Notes: generated from the sequence alone by a model not told the origin. Positions 42,423-52,479 are shown, counted from the stretch's first letter. The stretch: 64,000 nucleotides of DNA from Candidatus Omnitrophota bacterium (GCA_030650425.1 JAUSED010000009.1:223002-287001); one strand, 5' to 3'. Numbers and translations: made by a program.

Positions 42423-43231
42423 GCTTTTTTTGATAAAAATTGTAGATTGGCTAAAAGGGCAAAATTTTCCAGGGTTAAACACTCAGGCCTAATATTGGGG
42501 TTAAGGCCTGTTTTAGTAAAAAAAACGCTCAAGATACCAGGGGTAACTACTTCTTGGAGGCTGTTGCTTAATATCTTTCTCCTTTGATTAAACGCAGAGC
42601 GGATTATCTTAAAAAAAAGCCCTTCGTCCCTAACGGATACGGCTGGCACCTCTCTAATCTTTAATCCTAAAAAAGAGGAATCGACTTTGGGTGAAGGCCT
42701 GAAGCAATTTTTACTAATATGAAAGATAATCTTTGGAACTGTGTAATATTGCACAAAACAGCTAAAAGAACTGTACTCCTTGGAACCGGGCTGAGCCACT
42801 ACTCTGGCGGCAAATTCTTTTTGCACGGTAATGAATATCTCGCTTAAGTATCCGTGAAAATTTAAAAGATGTTCGATAATCGGGCTGGATATATAGTAAG
42901 GTATGTTCCCGAAAACCTTAATCTTGGCTTTAATTTTATTTTGATTAATTAATCGCTCTAAATCTAACTTAAGGATATCCTGATTAATCACCCGGATATT
43001 TTTACGCCCAACTAACGAGTCGGTTAAAGTCTTAAGCAGCCTCCTGTCGATTTCCAGGGCATAAACCTCTCCTGCTCTCTGGCTGATTAATTCAGTTAAC
43101 TCTCCCCTGCCTGAGCCGATCTCCAGAAGAATATCTGTTGGCTTTAAATCCAAGGCGTCAACAATCTTACCCCTGATATTTTGATCGATCAGAAAATTCT
43201 GGCCTAGGCTCTTTTTAGCTGGGATGCGCAT
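42419..43231 (-). CDS. rsmA: 16S rRNA (adenine1518/1519-N6)-dimethyltransferase
   Basis: KSLGQNFLIDQNI, SAM-binding EIGSGRGELT, and GNIPYYISSPII. Confidence 0.9.
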   Translation of the reverse strand: MRIPAKKSLGQNFLIDQNIRGKIVDALDLKPTDILLEIGSGRGELTELISQRAGEVYALEIDRRLLKTLTDSLVGRKNIRVINQDILKLDLERLINQNKIKAKIKVFGNIPYYISSPIIEHLLNFHGYLSEIFITVQKEFAARVVAQPGSKEYSSFSCFVQYYTVPKIIFHISKNCFRPSPKVDSSFLGLKIREVPAVSVRDEGLFFKIIRSAFNQRRKILSNSLQEVVTPGILSVFFTKTGLNPNIRPECLTLENFALLANLQFLSKKA

Positions 43232-44190
43232 TTTACGGCTAACTTGATTGCGGCAATTAAGGAGCTGGGATCGGCTAATTGGGGGCTTTTAGCTATGTCA
43301 AAGGCCGTTCCATGCAAAGGAGAAGTCCTGACAAAAGGCAGGCCCAGGGTCAAATTTACCCCGCTATCAAATCCGGTAAGTTTCAAAGGTATGAGCGCCT
43401 GGTCGTGGTACATAGCGATAACGCAATCATATTTTCCCCTGCTTGCTTCAAGAATAGCTACGTCGCTGGAAAACGGGCCGTCAATCTGTCCGTCAATACT
43501 GCGTTTTATCTTTTTCAGGGCAGGCTTGAGAATCAAAAGCTCTTCATTACCGATTATACCATGGTCAGAGGCGTGTGGATTGACTCCGCAAAGAACAATC
43601 CGCGGTTTTTTTATTCCAAAAAAATCCACCAGTGATTTATAAGTGATAAGGATGTTTTCGCGCAACCCGGCCTTGTTGAGAGCCCGGGAAACCTTGTTTA
43701 AAGGTATATGCCGGGTAACCAAGCTAAACTTCAGCTTGTCATTAAGCAACATCATCACTACACCGGCTGAACCGGTTTTTTTAAGAAAATATTCGGTATG
43801 GCCTCCATACTTAAAACCGGCGCCAGCTATAGCTTCTTTTGATATAGGCGCAGTCACTAAACAATCGATCTCTTTATTGCTTAATAATTCTAACGCCTTA
43901 TCCAAATATTCAATAGACGCCCTTCCATATTCAGCCTTAATTATTCCAAATGAAAATTTTTTGTGATTAACATTATTCGAATCAACGAATCTGGCTTCTG
44001 GTTTCTGATTTCTGATTTCTGGTATTCGGCTTAAAACCCAACTATCCCCAATAACCACAAAATCAGCTAGCCCGGATAATTTATTGATTGCTTTCAATAC
44101 AATTACCGGACCGATCCCCGATGGGTCGCCGATAGTTAGTCCGACTTTAATCCTGGTTGATTTTGATATAAGATTGGTTTTTAAGCTCAT
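43204..44190 (-). CDS. pdxA: 4-hydroxythreonine-4-phosphate dehydrogenase
   Basis: ...GGHTEYFLKKTG..., ...PHASDHG..., ...RTSPLHGTAFDIA... PdxA metal-site motifs. Contains an in-frame heptamer tandem repeat (43994-44022). Confidence 0.85.
   Translation of the reverse strand: MSLKTNLISKSTRIKVGLTIGDPSGIGPVIVLKAINKLSGLADFVVIGDSWVLSRIPEIRNQKPEARFVDSNNVNHKKFSFGIIKAEYGRASIEYLDKALELLSNKEIDCLVTAPISKEAIAGAGFKYGGHTEYFLKKTGSAGVVMMLLNDKLKFSLVTRHIPLNKVSRALNKAGLRENILITYKSLVDFFGIKKPRIVLCGVNPHASDHGIIGNEELLILKPALKKIKRSIDGQIDGPFSSDVAILEASRGKYDCVIAMYHDQALIPLKLTGFDSGVNLTLGLPFVRTSPLHGTAFDIAKSPQLADPSSLIAAIKLAVKCASQLKRA
43994..44022. repeat. 4 tandem heptamers (ttctg[ag]t family) inside pdxA, in frame
   Basis: cttctgg tttctga tttctga tttctgg; encodes ...IRNQKPEARF... 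on the minus strand. Confidence 0.6.
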
Positions 44191-45079
44191 CTATCCACTT
44201 AGCCATCTCTTCCTGCATTTTCTTTTCAAACAAAAAACTTTGGATTTTATACTGGACTTCGTTAAGAGAAAGCTGCTTAGGAGGAATTATATTGATAAGC
44301 CTAAAGACATAGTATTTGTCATCCATCTTAACCACATCCGAGACTTCATTCACAGCAAGCTTAAAGACCGTTTCTTCAATCTCTTTTTTTAAGTCTTCCC
44401 CCTGGGCTACGCTTAGCTGATTAGCCGTAAAAGGATATCTTGCCGCTAAATCCTCCGGGGTCTTGCCGATCTTTAAATTATAAGCAAAGCTATCAGCTAA
44501 ATCTTCATTATCAAGAGCAAAGGCAATAAACTCCCTTTCTTCACCGGGAGAGAAATCTTTTTTATTATTTTCATAAAAGCTGGTTACTTCATCAGGCCTA
44601 ACGCTGATTTTACTGCGCACCTTTTGCTCCACAATTGCGTACATGAGAAACTGTTCTCTTACCTTATTCTCAATATCAGCCTGAGTAAGGCCCTGGCCCA
44701 TCAATTCTGCCTGAAAGGCGCTATCTGAATCGTAGCGCTTTCTTATCTCATTCACCTTAGCCCTTACCCTTGCCTCATCCAGAATGATTTTTTCTTTTTT
44801 TGCCTCCTGCAGGATAAGCTTGTCTTCAATAAGCCGGCTTAATAAATCTGTTTTTATAGAAGCGAGCTTATTTTCGAGCGCTTTACCTTTATATTCCCGG
44901 GCCAGCTGCATAGTCATAAAGTGAAGAAAATCATCCAAATCTTTCTGGGTAATCACCTCGTTATTTACAATAGCCGCTATTTTATCTTCCGCGTAAAGAG
45001 AATGAGTAGCAAATAATAAGCAGAATATAGGTAAGAAAATGAATAAGGGTAAAAACTTTAAACTAATTATGCGCCTCAT
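44147..45079 (-). CDS. SurA N-terminal-domain periplasmic chaperone-like protein
   Basis: Signal peptide; SurA N-domain-like ...DKIAAIVNNEVITQKDLDDF...; conserved surA-pdxA-ksgA neighbourhood. Confidence 0.6.
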   Translation of the reverse strand: MRRIISLKFLPLFIFLPIFCLLFATHSLYAEDKIAAIVNNEVITQKDLDDFLHFMTMQLAREYKGKALENKLASIKTDLLSRLIEDKLILQEAKKEKIILDEARVRAKVNEIRKRYDSDSAFQAELMGQGLTQADIENKVREQFLMYAIVEQKVRSKISVRPDEVTSFYENNKKDFSPGEEREFIAFALDNEDLADSFAYNLKIGKTPEDLAARYPFTANQLSVAQGEDLKKEIEETVFKLAVNEVSDVVKMDDKYYVFRLINIIPPKQLSLNEVQYKIQSFLFEKKMQEEMAKWIDELKNQSYIKINQD

Positions 45080-46970
45080 TAAATACTCCCGTCTTCTTAA
45101 AAGTATCGATTGCGTCTCTTAATAGCCTGCAGTAGAGATCAAAACCCACCGCCAAGATAAAACCATGTTGCTCTAATCCCAGCAGATTCCCCGCTCCCCT
45201 GATCTCCAAGTCCTCCATAGCGATGTTAAATCCCGAGCCAAGCTCGGTATAATCCTGAATCGCGTTTAATCTCTTGCGGCTAGCCTTCTCCAATACCATA
45301 TTCTTGGGGATCATAAAATACGCGTAAGCAGAGCGGTTAAACCTTCCTACCCTTCCGCGCAACTGGTGCAAATCGGAGAGGCCGAACATATGCGCGTTAT
45401 TCACGATTATAGTATTGGCATTAGGAATATCGATCCCCGACTCAATAATCATTGTAGCGACTAGACAATCTACCTCACCTTTTAGGAAACGCTTCATCAC
45501 TTCTTCCAGCTGGCGGGGATGCATCTGGCCGTGCCCTATTTCCAAACGCACATTTTTAGGTAAATTTTTGGCGAGCCTCTCGCTTACCTTCTCAATATCC
45601 TCTACGAAGTTATGCAGAAAAAAAACCTGCCCCTTCCTTGATATTTCCCTTAAGATGGCCTGACGCACCAGATCTTCGTCATATTCTACCACAATCGTCT
45701 TGATAGGCAACCTATTTTGCGGAGGAGTATTGATTACGGATAACTCGCGCGCTCCCATTAAACTCATATAGAGGGTTCGGGGTATGGGGGTCGCAGTCAA
45801 GGCAAGTATATTTGTAGTGAGCCTTAACTTTTTTAGCTTCTCCTTATGCTTTACCCCGAAACGCTGCTCTTCGTCAATAATCACCAAGCCTAAGTCCTTA
45901 AAAGAGACGTCGTCTGATAAAAGCCTGTGTGTACCGATGACAATATCAACAGAACCGTCTTTTAGGCGTGCGATCACTTCCTTCTGTTCGCTCTGCGTCC
46001 TAAAACGGCAGAGCAGTTGGATATTTAAAGGAAACTCCTTTAAGCGGCTGCTAAAATTCTGATAATGCTGCTCGGCTAAAATTGTCGTAGGGACAAGGTA
46101 AGCAACCTGCCTACCATCCATTATCGTCTTAAAGGCAGCGCGCATAGCCACCTCCGTCTTACCGTAGCCCACATCTCCACAGAGCAATCTATCCATCAGC
46201 CTGCCGGATTCCATATCCTGTTTTACGTCCGATGTAGCGGTTAGCTGATCCGGTGTTTCAGTATAAGGAAAACTCTCTTCGAATTTAACCTGCCAATCCG
46301 TATCCTTGGAATAAACAAAACCTTGAGAGCTAATTCTTATCGCCTGCAGGCTTAAGAGGTCCCAAGCCATCTTTTGGATCCCCTTAAGCGCCCTCTGTTT
46401 TACCCTCGACCATTCTTTCCCGCCGAGCCGATAGAGCTTTGGCCTGCGGGTATGAAAGGCAATATATTTCTGCACCAAATGCATGGATTCAACCGGAAGA
46501 TAAAGCTTTTCCTGACGGTCGTATTCGATAACCAGATGGTCCTTAGGCTTATCCTTTACCTTTATTTTCTGAAGCCCAAAGAATCTGCCTATGCCGTGTT
46601 GATTATGCACGACATAATCTCCGATATTCAAATCCAGAAAACTGGATAACGGAAAGTCTTCGGTAATAGGAGTAGTCTTCAAGGAGGAGCGCTTAGCAAT
46701 AGGCAGAATAATCACCATCCGGTGTTCCCAGAGAGGCTCCCCTGTGGAAGGGTTAAAAGTTTTGATTGAGGATATGATATTATTATTTAATTCGATACGA
46801 ATGGGGAGTTCAAAGGAATTGGGGAAAATATCCGTGATCGCGCCGCGGCGGGAAAAATCTCCTTCCGTTAAAACAGCATCCTGCCTTTTATAACCAAATT
46901 CAACCAGACCGCTGGAGAGCCTTTCTAAATCAATCTCTTGGCCGGAATAGATTTTCAGGGATTTAAACAT
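45063..46970 (-). CDS. mfd: transcription-repair coupling factor Mfd, compact 635-aa form lacking the N-terminal D1a and C-terminal D7 regions
   Basis: RNAP-interacting domain ...HLVIEYDRQEKLYLPVESMHLV...; helicase motifs ...LLCGDVGYGKTEVAMRAAF..., DEEQRFG; ends at ...LEIRGAGNLLG... Confidence 0.8.
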   Translation of the reverse strand: MFKSLKIYSGQEIDLERLSSGLVEFGYKRQDAVLTEGDFSRRGAITDIFPNSFELPIRIELNNNIISSIKTFNPSTGEPLWEHRMVIILPIAKRSSLKTTPITEDFPLSSFLDLNIGDYVVHNQHGIGRFFGLQKIKVKDKPKDHLVIEYDRQEKLYLPVESMHLVQKYIAFHTRRPKLYRLGGKEWSRVKQRALKGIQKMAWDLLSLQAIRISSQGFVYSKDTDWQVKFEESFPYTETPDQLTATSDVKQDMESGRLMDRLLCGDVGYGKTEVAMRAAFKTIMDGRQVAYLVPTTILAEQHYQNFSSRLKEFPLNIQLLCRFRTQSEQKEVIARLKDGSVDIVIGTHRLLSDDVSFKDLGLVIIDEEQRFGVKHKEKLKKLRLTTNILALTATPIPRTLYMSLMGARELSVINTPPQNRLPIKTIVVEYDEDLVRQAILREISRKGQVFFLHNFVEDIEKVSERLAKNLPKNVRLEIGHGQMHPRQLEEVMKRFLKGEVDCLVATMIIESGIDIPNANTIIVNNAHMFGLSDLHQLRGRVGRFNRSAYAYFMIPKNMVLEKASRKRLNAIQDYTELGSGFNIAMEDLEIRGAGNLLGLEQHGFILAVGFDLYCRLLRDAIDTFKKTGVFNEAHN

Positions 46971-47055
46971 TGATATACTTAAATATTACATATTAGGCAA
47001 GGGTAAAGATATGAGGTTTTTTATACCCTTACCTTGTACTTCTCTACTTTATTTT

Positions 47056-49260
47056 CTATTTGGGGCGCTTGCGGCCCCAGGCAAGGACTAATGGCGAAGC
47101 AATATAAACCGTAGAGTATATGCCTGAAATAAAACCTATCAACAAAGCAAAAGCAAAATTATTCAACACTTCTCCTCCAAAAAATAGAATGGCGAGAACG
47201 ACTAATAAGGTCACTCCTGAAGTAAGTATTGTTCTTGAAAGCGTCTGGTTCACGCTTAAATTAATCAACTCATAGAGGCTGTATTTTTGGTAAAGCCGCG
47301 CATTCTCCCTAACCCGGTCATAAATGACAATCGTATCATTAATCGAATAACCGGCGATGGTCAAAAACGCGGTAATGCTTAAAAGGTCAATCGGCCTTCC
47401 TGTAACCGCTAAAAATCCTAAAGTTACTAATACGTCGTGGATAAGGGCGATTACGCCGGCAATAGCGAAATTAAAATGTTTAAACCTGAAAGTGACATAA
47501 ATAAGTATGATGATTAACGACCAGGCCAGGGCCCAGAGAGCCTTTTCTTTTAAATGCTTTCCGGCAATTGGGCCAACGCGCTCAATCCTTAAAATTTGAA
47601 TATCTTGCCCGGGAAAGGCTTCTTTTAATTTTACGGTCAGGACTTCGCTTTTGTCTTCGCTGGTGCGAATTAAAACCGCCTTAGGATTTTCCTTGAACTG
47701 TTGAATAGAGGCATCACCTAATCCTATTTCCTTTAAAACTTTGCGCACCTGGTCTATGTCAGGGGCTTCTTTAAAACTATATTCCTGCATCTGGCCTCCG
47801 GCAAAATCAATGCCGTAGGCGCTGTTTCCTTTCTTAAAATATGCCGCTAAGCCGATGATAATAATCACAAGGGAAATGGCGTAAAAAATTTTGCGCTTGC
47901 TGATAAAATCGATTTTAGTCTGGCCGATTAACTTAAGCATAGGGAGCGAATTCTTAAGCCAGCCTAAGCTTAACAAAACTTCAAAGATAGTGCGCGTAAC
48001 CACTATCGCGGTAAACATACTCGCGATTAAGCCTATGGTTAAGGTTACGCCAAAACCCTTTATCGAGCCTGTCCCAAGCCAGATTAAAATAATCGCCGCA
48101 AAAAGAGTAGTAAGATTAGAATCAAAAATCGCGCTAAAGGCTTTAGAATAACCGTTAGCTATGGCAGCGCGCAAGTTCCTTCCAAGGCTTAATTCTTCGC
48201 GGATGCGTTCGTTAATCAGAACGTTGGCGTCTACGGCCATACCTAAAGATAAAACCATGCCGGCTATACCGGGTAAAGTTAAAGTAGCGGAAAATTCAGG
48301 TAATAAATACGGTAGCAGGCCTAAGGTGCCTAAAATCATAAATAAGTTAAACAAAAGCGCGACATTCGCGATCAATCCGGCCAGAAGATAATAAACAGCC
48401 ATAAAAATAAAAACAAAGATCCCGCCGATTATGGTTGCTTTTACACCCTTATTTATGGAATCCTGCCCCAACAACGGCCCAATGGTCCGCTCCTCTTCAA
48501 TATAAAGCGGCGCAGGAAGCGCGCCTGACCTCAATACGTTAGCCAGGTCTTGAGCCTGTTCAACGCTAAAGCGGCCTGTGATCACCGCTTCTCCCGATGG
48601 AATAGCTTCCCGGATATTCGGGGCAGACTGAATCTTGCCGTCTAAAACTATGGCCAATCTTTTTCCCACGTTAGCAGCGGTTATCTCAGCAAACTTCTTG
48701 GCTCCTTCGGAATTAAAACGAAGCGACACCACTGGTTCATTAAATTCACTCTGGCTAAAGCGCACTTCGGCATCAGTTAAAGCCTCTCCTATCAAAGACG
48801 CGTTTTTCTCCACTAAAATCGGCGTATTATCATCCTGGGTGTATTTTAATTCATAACCTTCGGGAATTTTTCCGGCTAAGGCCTCTTTTAATTTATCCGG
48901 ATCAGAAGAAACTAATTTAAATTCAAGCAGGGCAACTTTACCGATCAGCTCTCTTGCGCGCTCCCTGTCTGTAAAACCCGGCAGCTCTACTACAATCTCA
49001 TCTAGGCCGTGTTTTTGAATTAATGCTTCGCGCACCCCATAACTGTCTATCCTTTTCCTGATAACCTCTATCGCGCGGTCAGCCGCGTCTTCTTTGGCCT
49101 TTTCCGGTATCTTTCCTGTATCAACTTTAAGCAAAAGATGCATCCCGCCCTTTAAGTCCAGCCCGAGATTAATCCTTTTATCTAACGGAAAGGTAAAAAA
49201 TAAGCATACTCCCAAAATTACCAGTATAAAAATAGATTTGTAAATAACCCTTTTTTCCAT
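47056..49260 (-). CDS. secDF: protein translocase subunit SecDF (fused SecD-SecF)
   Basis: 734 aa with a large periplasmic domain followed by two 6-TM SecD/SecF modules. Confidence 0.85.
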   Translation of the reverse strand: MEKRVIYKSIFILVILGVCLFFTFPLDKRINLGLDLKGGMHLLLKVDTGKIPEKAKEDAADRAIEVIRKRIDSYGVREALIQKHGLDEIVVELPGFTDRERARELIGKVALLEFKLVSSDPDKLKEALAGKIPEGYELKYTQDDNTPILVEKNASLIGEALTDAEVRFSQSEFNEPVVSLRFNSEGAKKFAEITAANVGKRLAIVLDGKIQSAPNIREAIPSGEAVITGRFSVEQAQDLANVLRSGALPAPLYIEEERTIGPLLGQDSINKGVKATIIGGIFVFIFMAVYYLLAGLIANVALLFNLFMILGTLGLLPYLLPEFSATLTLPGIAGMVLSLGMAVDANVLINERIREELSLGRNLRAAIANGYSKAFSAIFDSNLTTLFAAIILIWLGTGSIKGFGVTLTIGLIASMFTAIVVTRTIFEVLLSLGWLKNSLPMLKLIGQTKIDFISKRKIFYAISLVIIIIGLAAYFKKGNSAYGIDFAGGQMQEYSFKEAPDIDQVRKVLKEIGLGDASIQQFKENPKAVLIRTSEDKSEVLTVKLKEAFPGQDIQILRIERVGPIAGKHLKEKALWALAWSLIIILIYVTFRFKHFNFAIAGVIALIHDVLVTLGFLAVTGRPIDLLSITAFLTIAGYSINDTIVIYDRVRENARLYQKYSLYELINLSVNQTLSRTILTSGVTLLVVLAILFFGGEVLNNFAFALLIGFISGIYSTVYIASPLVLAWGRKRPK

Positions 49261-49275
49261 TTCTACTATTTCTCC

Positions 49276-49566
49276 TTAGGCGACAGGATGTTGAGGTTTC
49301 TTAATGTAAGCAACGCAATTTCTCTCTAATTCAATTTTGACATTATCATCTATTCTTAAAGTAATTGTCTTTTCTTTCACGTTAACGATCGTACCGTGTA
49401 TCCCGTTTGAGGTGACTACTTCATCATTCTTATTCAGGCCTTTAAGCATCTTCTGCTGTTCTTTTTCTTTCTTCCTTTGCGGCCGGATAAGCATAAAATA
49501 AAAAATAACAAAAATAAGTACTAAAGGAACAAGGTTTCCTATTTGACTAATTGCTTGTGGTTGCAT
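49276..49566 (-). CDS. yajC: preprotein translocase subunit YajC (start at the internal Met; the ORF-track model is extended upstream)
   Basis: ...LVPLVLIFVIFYFMLIRPQRKKEKEQQKMLKGL... is YajC. Confidence 0.8.
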   Translation of the reverse strand: MQPQAISQIGNLVPLVLIFVIFYFMLIRPQRKKEKEQQKMLKGLNKNDEVVTSNGIHGTIVNVKEKTITLRIDDNVKIELERNCVAYIKKPQHPVA

Positions 49567-49804
49567 TTTTCTTCTCCTTCTTAATAAGGCTCTTGACGGT
49601 AGCTGAAGCCTGAGCTCCATTCTTAATCCAATATTGAATCCGCTCTGATTTTAGCTTTGCCTGACCGGTAGTGGGGGCATAAAAACCGAGCTCTTCAAGC
49701 ACCCTGCCGTCCCTCCCTGTGCGCTCATCATACGCGGCAACGCGAAAATGCGGCCTGCCTTTAGGGTTTTTACCGATTCTTCTCAAACGAATATGCACTG
49801 CCAT
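49547..49804 (-). CDS. rpsP: 30S ribosomal protein S16
   Basis: MAVHIRLRRIGKNPKGRPHFRVAAYDERTGRDGRVLEELGFY... is S16. Confidence 0.9.
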   Translation of the reverse strand: MAVHIRLRRIGKNPKGRPHFRVAAYDERTGRDGRVLEELGFYAPTTGQAKLKSERIQYWIKNGAQASATVKSLIKKEKKNATTSN

Positions 49805-49820
49805 TATCTTTCCTCCTTTA

Positions 49821-49869
49821 AATGAGCCCCGCCTTTGGCGGGGCGAATTTATCCCGCCGTAGGCGGGAT
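49821..49869 (-). promoter_or_regulatory. Two tandem GC hairpins (CCCCGCC-tttg-GCGGGG and ATCCCGCC-gtag-GCGGGAT) between the trpE-like gene and the rpsP Shine-Dalgarno (family D)
   Basis: aatgagccccgcctttggcggggcgaatttatcccgccgtaggcgggat. Confidence 0.6.
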
Positions 49870-49873
49870 CACT

Positions 49874-51355
49874 TCACTTGACGATTGCTTCCATTAATGC
49901 CGCTGCTTTATTAACGGTCTCAAAATATTCTTTTTCCGGGATTGAATCCGCTACGATTCCGGCGCCTGCCTGAATATAGGCATACCTTCCTTTTATAAGG
50001 ATAGTCCTGATCGTAATACAGGTATCCAGATTATGCGAAAAACTAAAATAACCGACACACCCGGCGTAAGGGCCGCGCCGCGTATTCTCCAATTCGTCGA
50101 TGATCTCCATAGCGCGGATCTTGGGGCTTCCGGAAACTGTCCCCGCTGGAAAGGTTGCTCTCAATACATCATAAATATCATAACGTTTATTGTCAAGCCT
50201 TCCTTTTACATCGCTCACCAGATGCATCACATGCGAGTATTTCTCCACATTCATAAATTCATCTACTTCTACTGTTCCGATACGGCTCACCCTCCCTAAA
50301 TCATTTCTCCCTAAATCTACCAACATAAGATGCTCGGCTCTTTCTTTTTTATCGTTAATCAATTCCTTCGCCAGCTTCTCATCTTCCTTTTCGTCTTTTC
50401 CGCGCGAGCGCGTCCCGGCAATCGGCCGGGTCTCGATAAGTCCATCCTCACAGCGCACCAGCATTTCAGGAGAAGCTCCAACTAGATACATATCCTTTAA
50501 CTGCAGAAAATACATATAAGGAGAGGGATTGAGGCTGCGAAGGCTGCGATAAATCATAAATGGCTCTTTATCCGTAACCAGCTTAAAGCGCTGTGATGGA
50601 ACAACCTGAATAATATCCCCTTTTTTAATATATTTTTTAGCCTCCCTTACCGCATTCTCAAATTCGCTCTTCCTAAAATTAGAACTGAATTTTATTTTTT
50701 GAGCAGGCCTTTGGGCCTCATTCTCATTAAGCGATCTGTTAAAATCAGCCTGAATTGCTTCTATTCTTTTGACGGCTTTATCATAGAGAGCTCTCCTTCC
50801 AGCCGTAGAAAGCTTACCTTTAGGTAAAATTACATTACTGACAATCTTGATATTGTGGTTAACATGGTCAAAAACTAATAAGGTATCCGCCAGCATCCAG
50901 ACACTGTCAGGCACCTTAAGTTCGTCCGGATTTTTATCAGGTATATTTTCAAAGAACCTGACCGTATCATAACCTATATATCCAACCAGCCCGCCGCAGA
51001 AACGCGGCAGGCCTTTAACTTGCACACTTTTAAAATCCCGCATTATTTTTTTTATTTCATCGATTGGGGTAGCCTTCGTCACAAACCTCCGTGGGCTTCT
51101 TTTGGAAGGATAACTGATCTCAATATTTCGGCCCATGCTTTTAAATACAAGGCTGGGGTTACTCCCTAAAAATGAATAGCGGGCGATTTTCTCCTGGCCC
51201 TCTACGGATTCCAATAAGAAAGCGTAATTATCTTTATTCATTTTTAGAAAGGCAGAAACCGGGGTCTCAAGGTCGGCGTTGATTTCCTTATAGACAGGAA
51301 TAACATTGCCTTTCTTAGTGAGCTTAAAAAAATCTTTTAGCGAAGGATAGAACAT
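49874..51355 (-). CDS. chorismate-binding enzyme, anthranilate synthase component I (TrpE) / aminodeoxychorismate synthase family
   Basis: C-terminal chorismate-binding signature ...[22 protein letters not shown]...; no adjacent TrpG-type partner. Confidence 0.7.
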   Translation of the reverse strand: MFYPSLKDFFKLTKKGNVIPVYKEINADLETPVSAFLKMNKDNYAFLLESVEGQEKIARYSFLGSNPSLVFKSMGRNIEISYPSKRSPRRFVTKATPIDEIKKIMRDFKSVQVKGLPRFCGGLVGYIGYDTVRFFENIPDKNPDELKVPDSVWMLADTLLVFDHVNHNIKIVSNVILPKGKLSTAGRRALYDKAVKRIEAIQADFNRSLNENEAQRPAQKIKFSSNFRKSEFENAVREAKKYIKKGDIIQVVPSQRFKLVTDKEPFMIYRSLRSLNPSPYMYFLQLKDMYLVGASPEMLVRCEDGLIETRPIAGTRSRGKDEKEDEKLAKELINDKKERAEHLMLVDLGRNDLGRVSRIGTVEVDEFMNVEKYSHVMHLVSDVKGRLDNKRYDIYDVLRATFPAGTVSGSPKIRAMEIIDELENTRRGPYAGCVGYFSFSHNLDTCITIRTILIKGRYAYIQAGAGIVADSIPEKEYFETVNKAAALMEAIVK

Positions 51356-51684
51356 AGTCTCCTATAAAAACAACTCTTATTCCCTGTGTGGCAGGCCACC
51401 CCCACCTGCCTAACCTTAATCAGAATCGCGTCCATGTCACAGTCATAGTCAATAGATTTAACGAATTGAAAATGGCCGGAAGTCATGCCTTTAACCCAAT
51501 ATTCTTTTCGAGAACGAGACCAAAAACAAGTTTTACCGGATTTTATAGTTCGGCGCAGTGACTCTTTGTTCATATAAGCAAGCATTAGAACTTCACCGGT
51601 CTTATAATCCTGCACTACTGCCGGGAGTAATCCGTTTTTATCGAACTTAAAATCATTTAAATTAACCTTCGTCTCCTCGATCAT
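51337..51684 (-). CDS. hisI: phosphoribosyl-AMP cyclohydrolase (monofunctional HisI)
   Basis: ...[25 protein letters not shown]...[10 protein letters not shown]... Confidence 0.85.
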   Translation of the reverse strand: MIEETKVNLNDFKFDKNGLLPAVVQDYKTGEVLMLAYMNKESLRRTIKSGKTCFWSRSRKEYWVKGMTSGHFQFVKSIDYDCDMDAILIKVRQVGVACHTGNKSCFYRRLCSILR

Positions 51685-52469
51685 AATCTAACCGGAATCC
51701 CCTTCTCTTTTAAATACTTTTTTACCTGTTTTATAGTATAAACCCCATAATGAAAAAGCGAAGCTGCTAAGGCCGCATCAGCCCCTGTATTAGCAAAACA
51801 ATCATAAAAATGTTCTAATTTTCCCGCTCCACCTGAAGCAATCACCGGTATGCTTACAGCCTTACAAATCATGTTAGTTAAATCCAAATCATAACCGTCT
51901 TTAGTGCCGTCATAATCCATACTCGTTAAAAGAATCTCTCCGGCGCCTGATTCCGCGCCCTTGCTTGCCCACTCAAGAGCGTCTAGACCTGTAGGCGTCC
52001 TGCCGCCGTTAATATAAACCTCCCATTTTTTATCTTCTGTCTTCTGTCTTCTGCCTTCTGTCTTCTGGACTAACTTAGCATCAATAGCTAAAACAATACA
52101 CTGACTGCCGAATTTTTTGGCGGCATCTGAAATCAATTCCGGAAATTTTACAGCCTGCGTATTTATAGATACCTTTTCTGCTCCGGCGTTTAAGAGATTC
52201 CTTATGTCGGTTAAGTCCGCGATCCCTCCGCCGACAGTAAAAGGCATAAATATGTTCTTGGCAATTTTTTCTACCAGCTCGACAAGAGTTTTACGCTTTT
52301 GGACGCTGGCGGTAATATCCAAGAAAACCAATTCATCCGCGGCCTGGGCATCGTAAAGCTTGGCTACTTCAACAGGATCACCCGCGTCTTTTAGCCCTAA
52401 GAATTTTACTCCCTTGACTACCCGTCCATCTTGAATGTCCAGACAAGGGATAATACGTTTAGTTAACAT
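51681..52469 (-). CDS. hisF: imidazole glycerol phosphate synthase cyclase subunit HisF
   Basis: ...[16 protein letters not shown]..., ...[21 protein letters not shown]... Contains an in-frame heptamer repeat insertion (52033-52067). Confidence 0.9.
   Translation of the reverse strand: MLTKRIIPCLDIQDGRVVKGVKFLGLKDAGDPVEVAKLYDAQAADELVFLDITASVQKRKTLVELVEKIAKNIFMPFTVGGGIADLTDIRNLLNAGAEKVSINTQAVKFPELISDAAKKFGSQCIVLAIDAKLVQKTEGRRQKTEDKKWEVYINGGRTPTGLDALEWASKGAESGAGEILLTSMDYDGTKDGYDLDLTNMICKAVSIPVIASGGAGKLEHFYDCFANTGADAALAASLFHYGVYTIKQVKKYLKEKGIPVRL
52033..52067. repeat. 5 tandem heptamers (tcttctg, one ccttctg) inside hisF, in frame
   Basis: tcttctg tcttctg tcttctg ccttctg tcttctg; encodes [12 protein letters not shown] on the minus strand. 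Confidence 0.65.
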
Positions 52470-52479
52470 TACTATAGTA

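Noticed and set aside
46971-47055. Terminator downstream of secDF (aagggta...taccctt inverted repeat)
   Set aside because: 7-bp stem with an 18-nt loop and no following U-tract; weak. Not reported as a feature.
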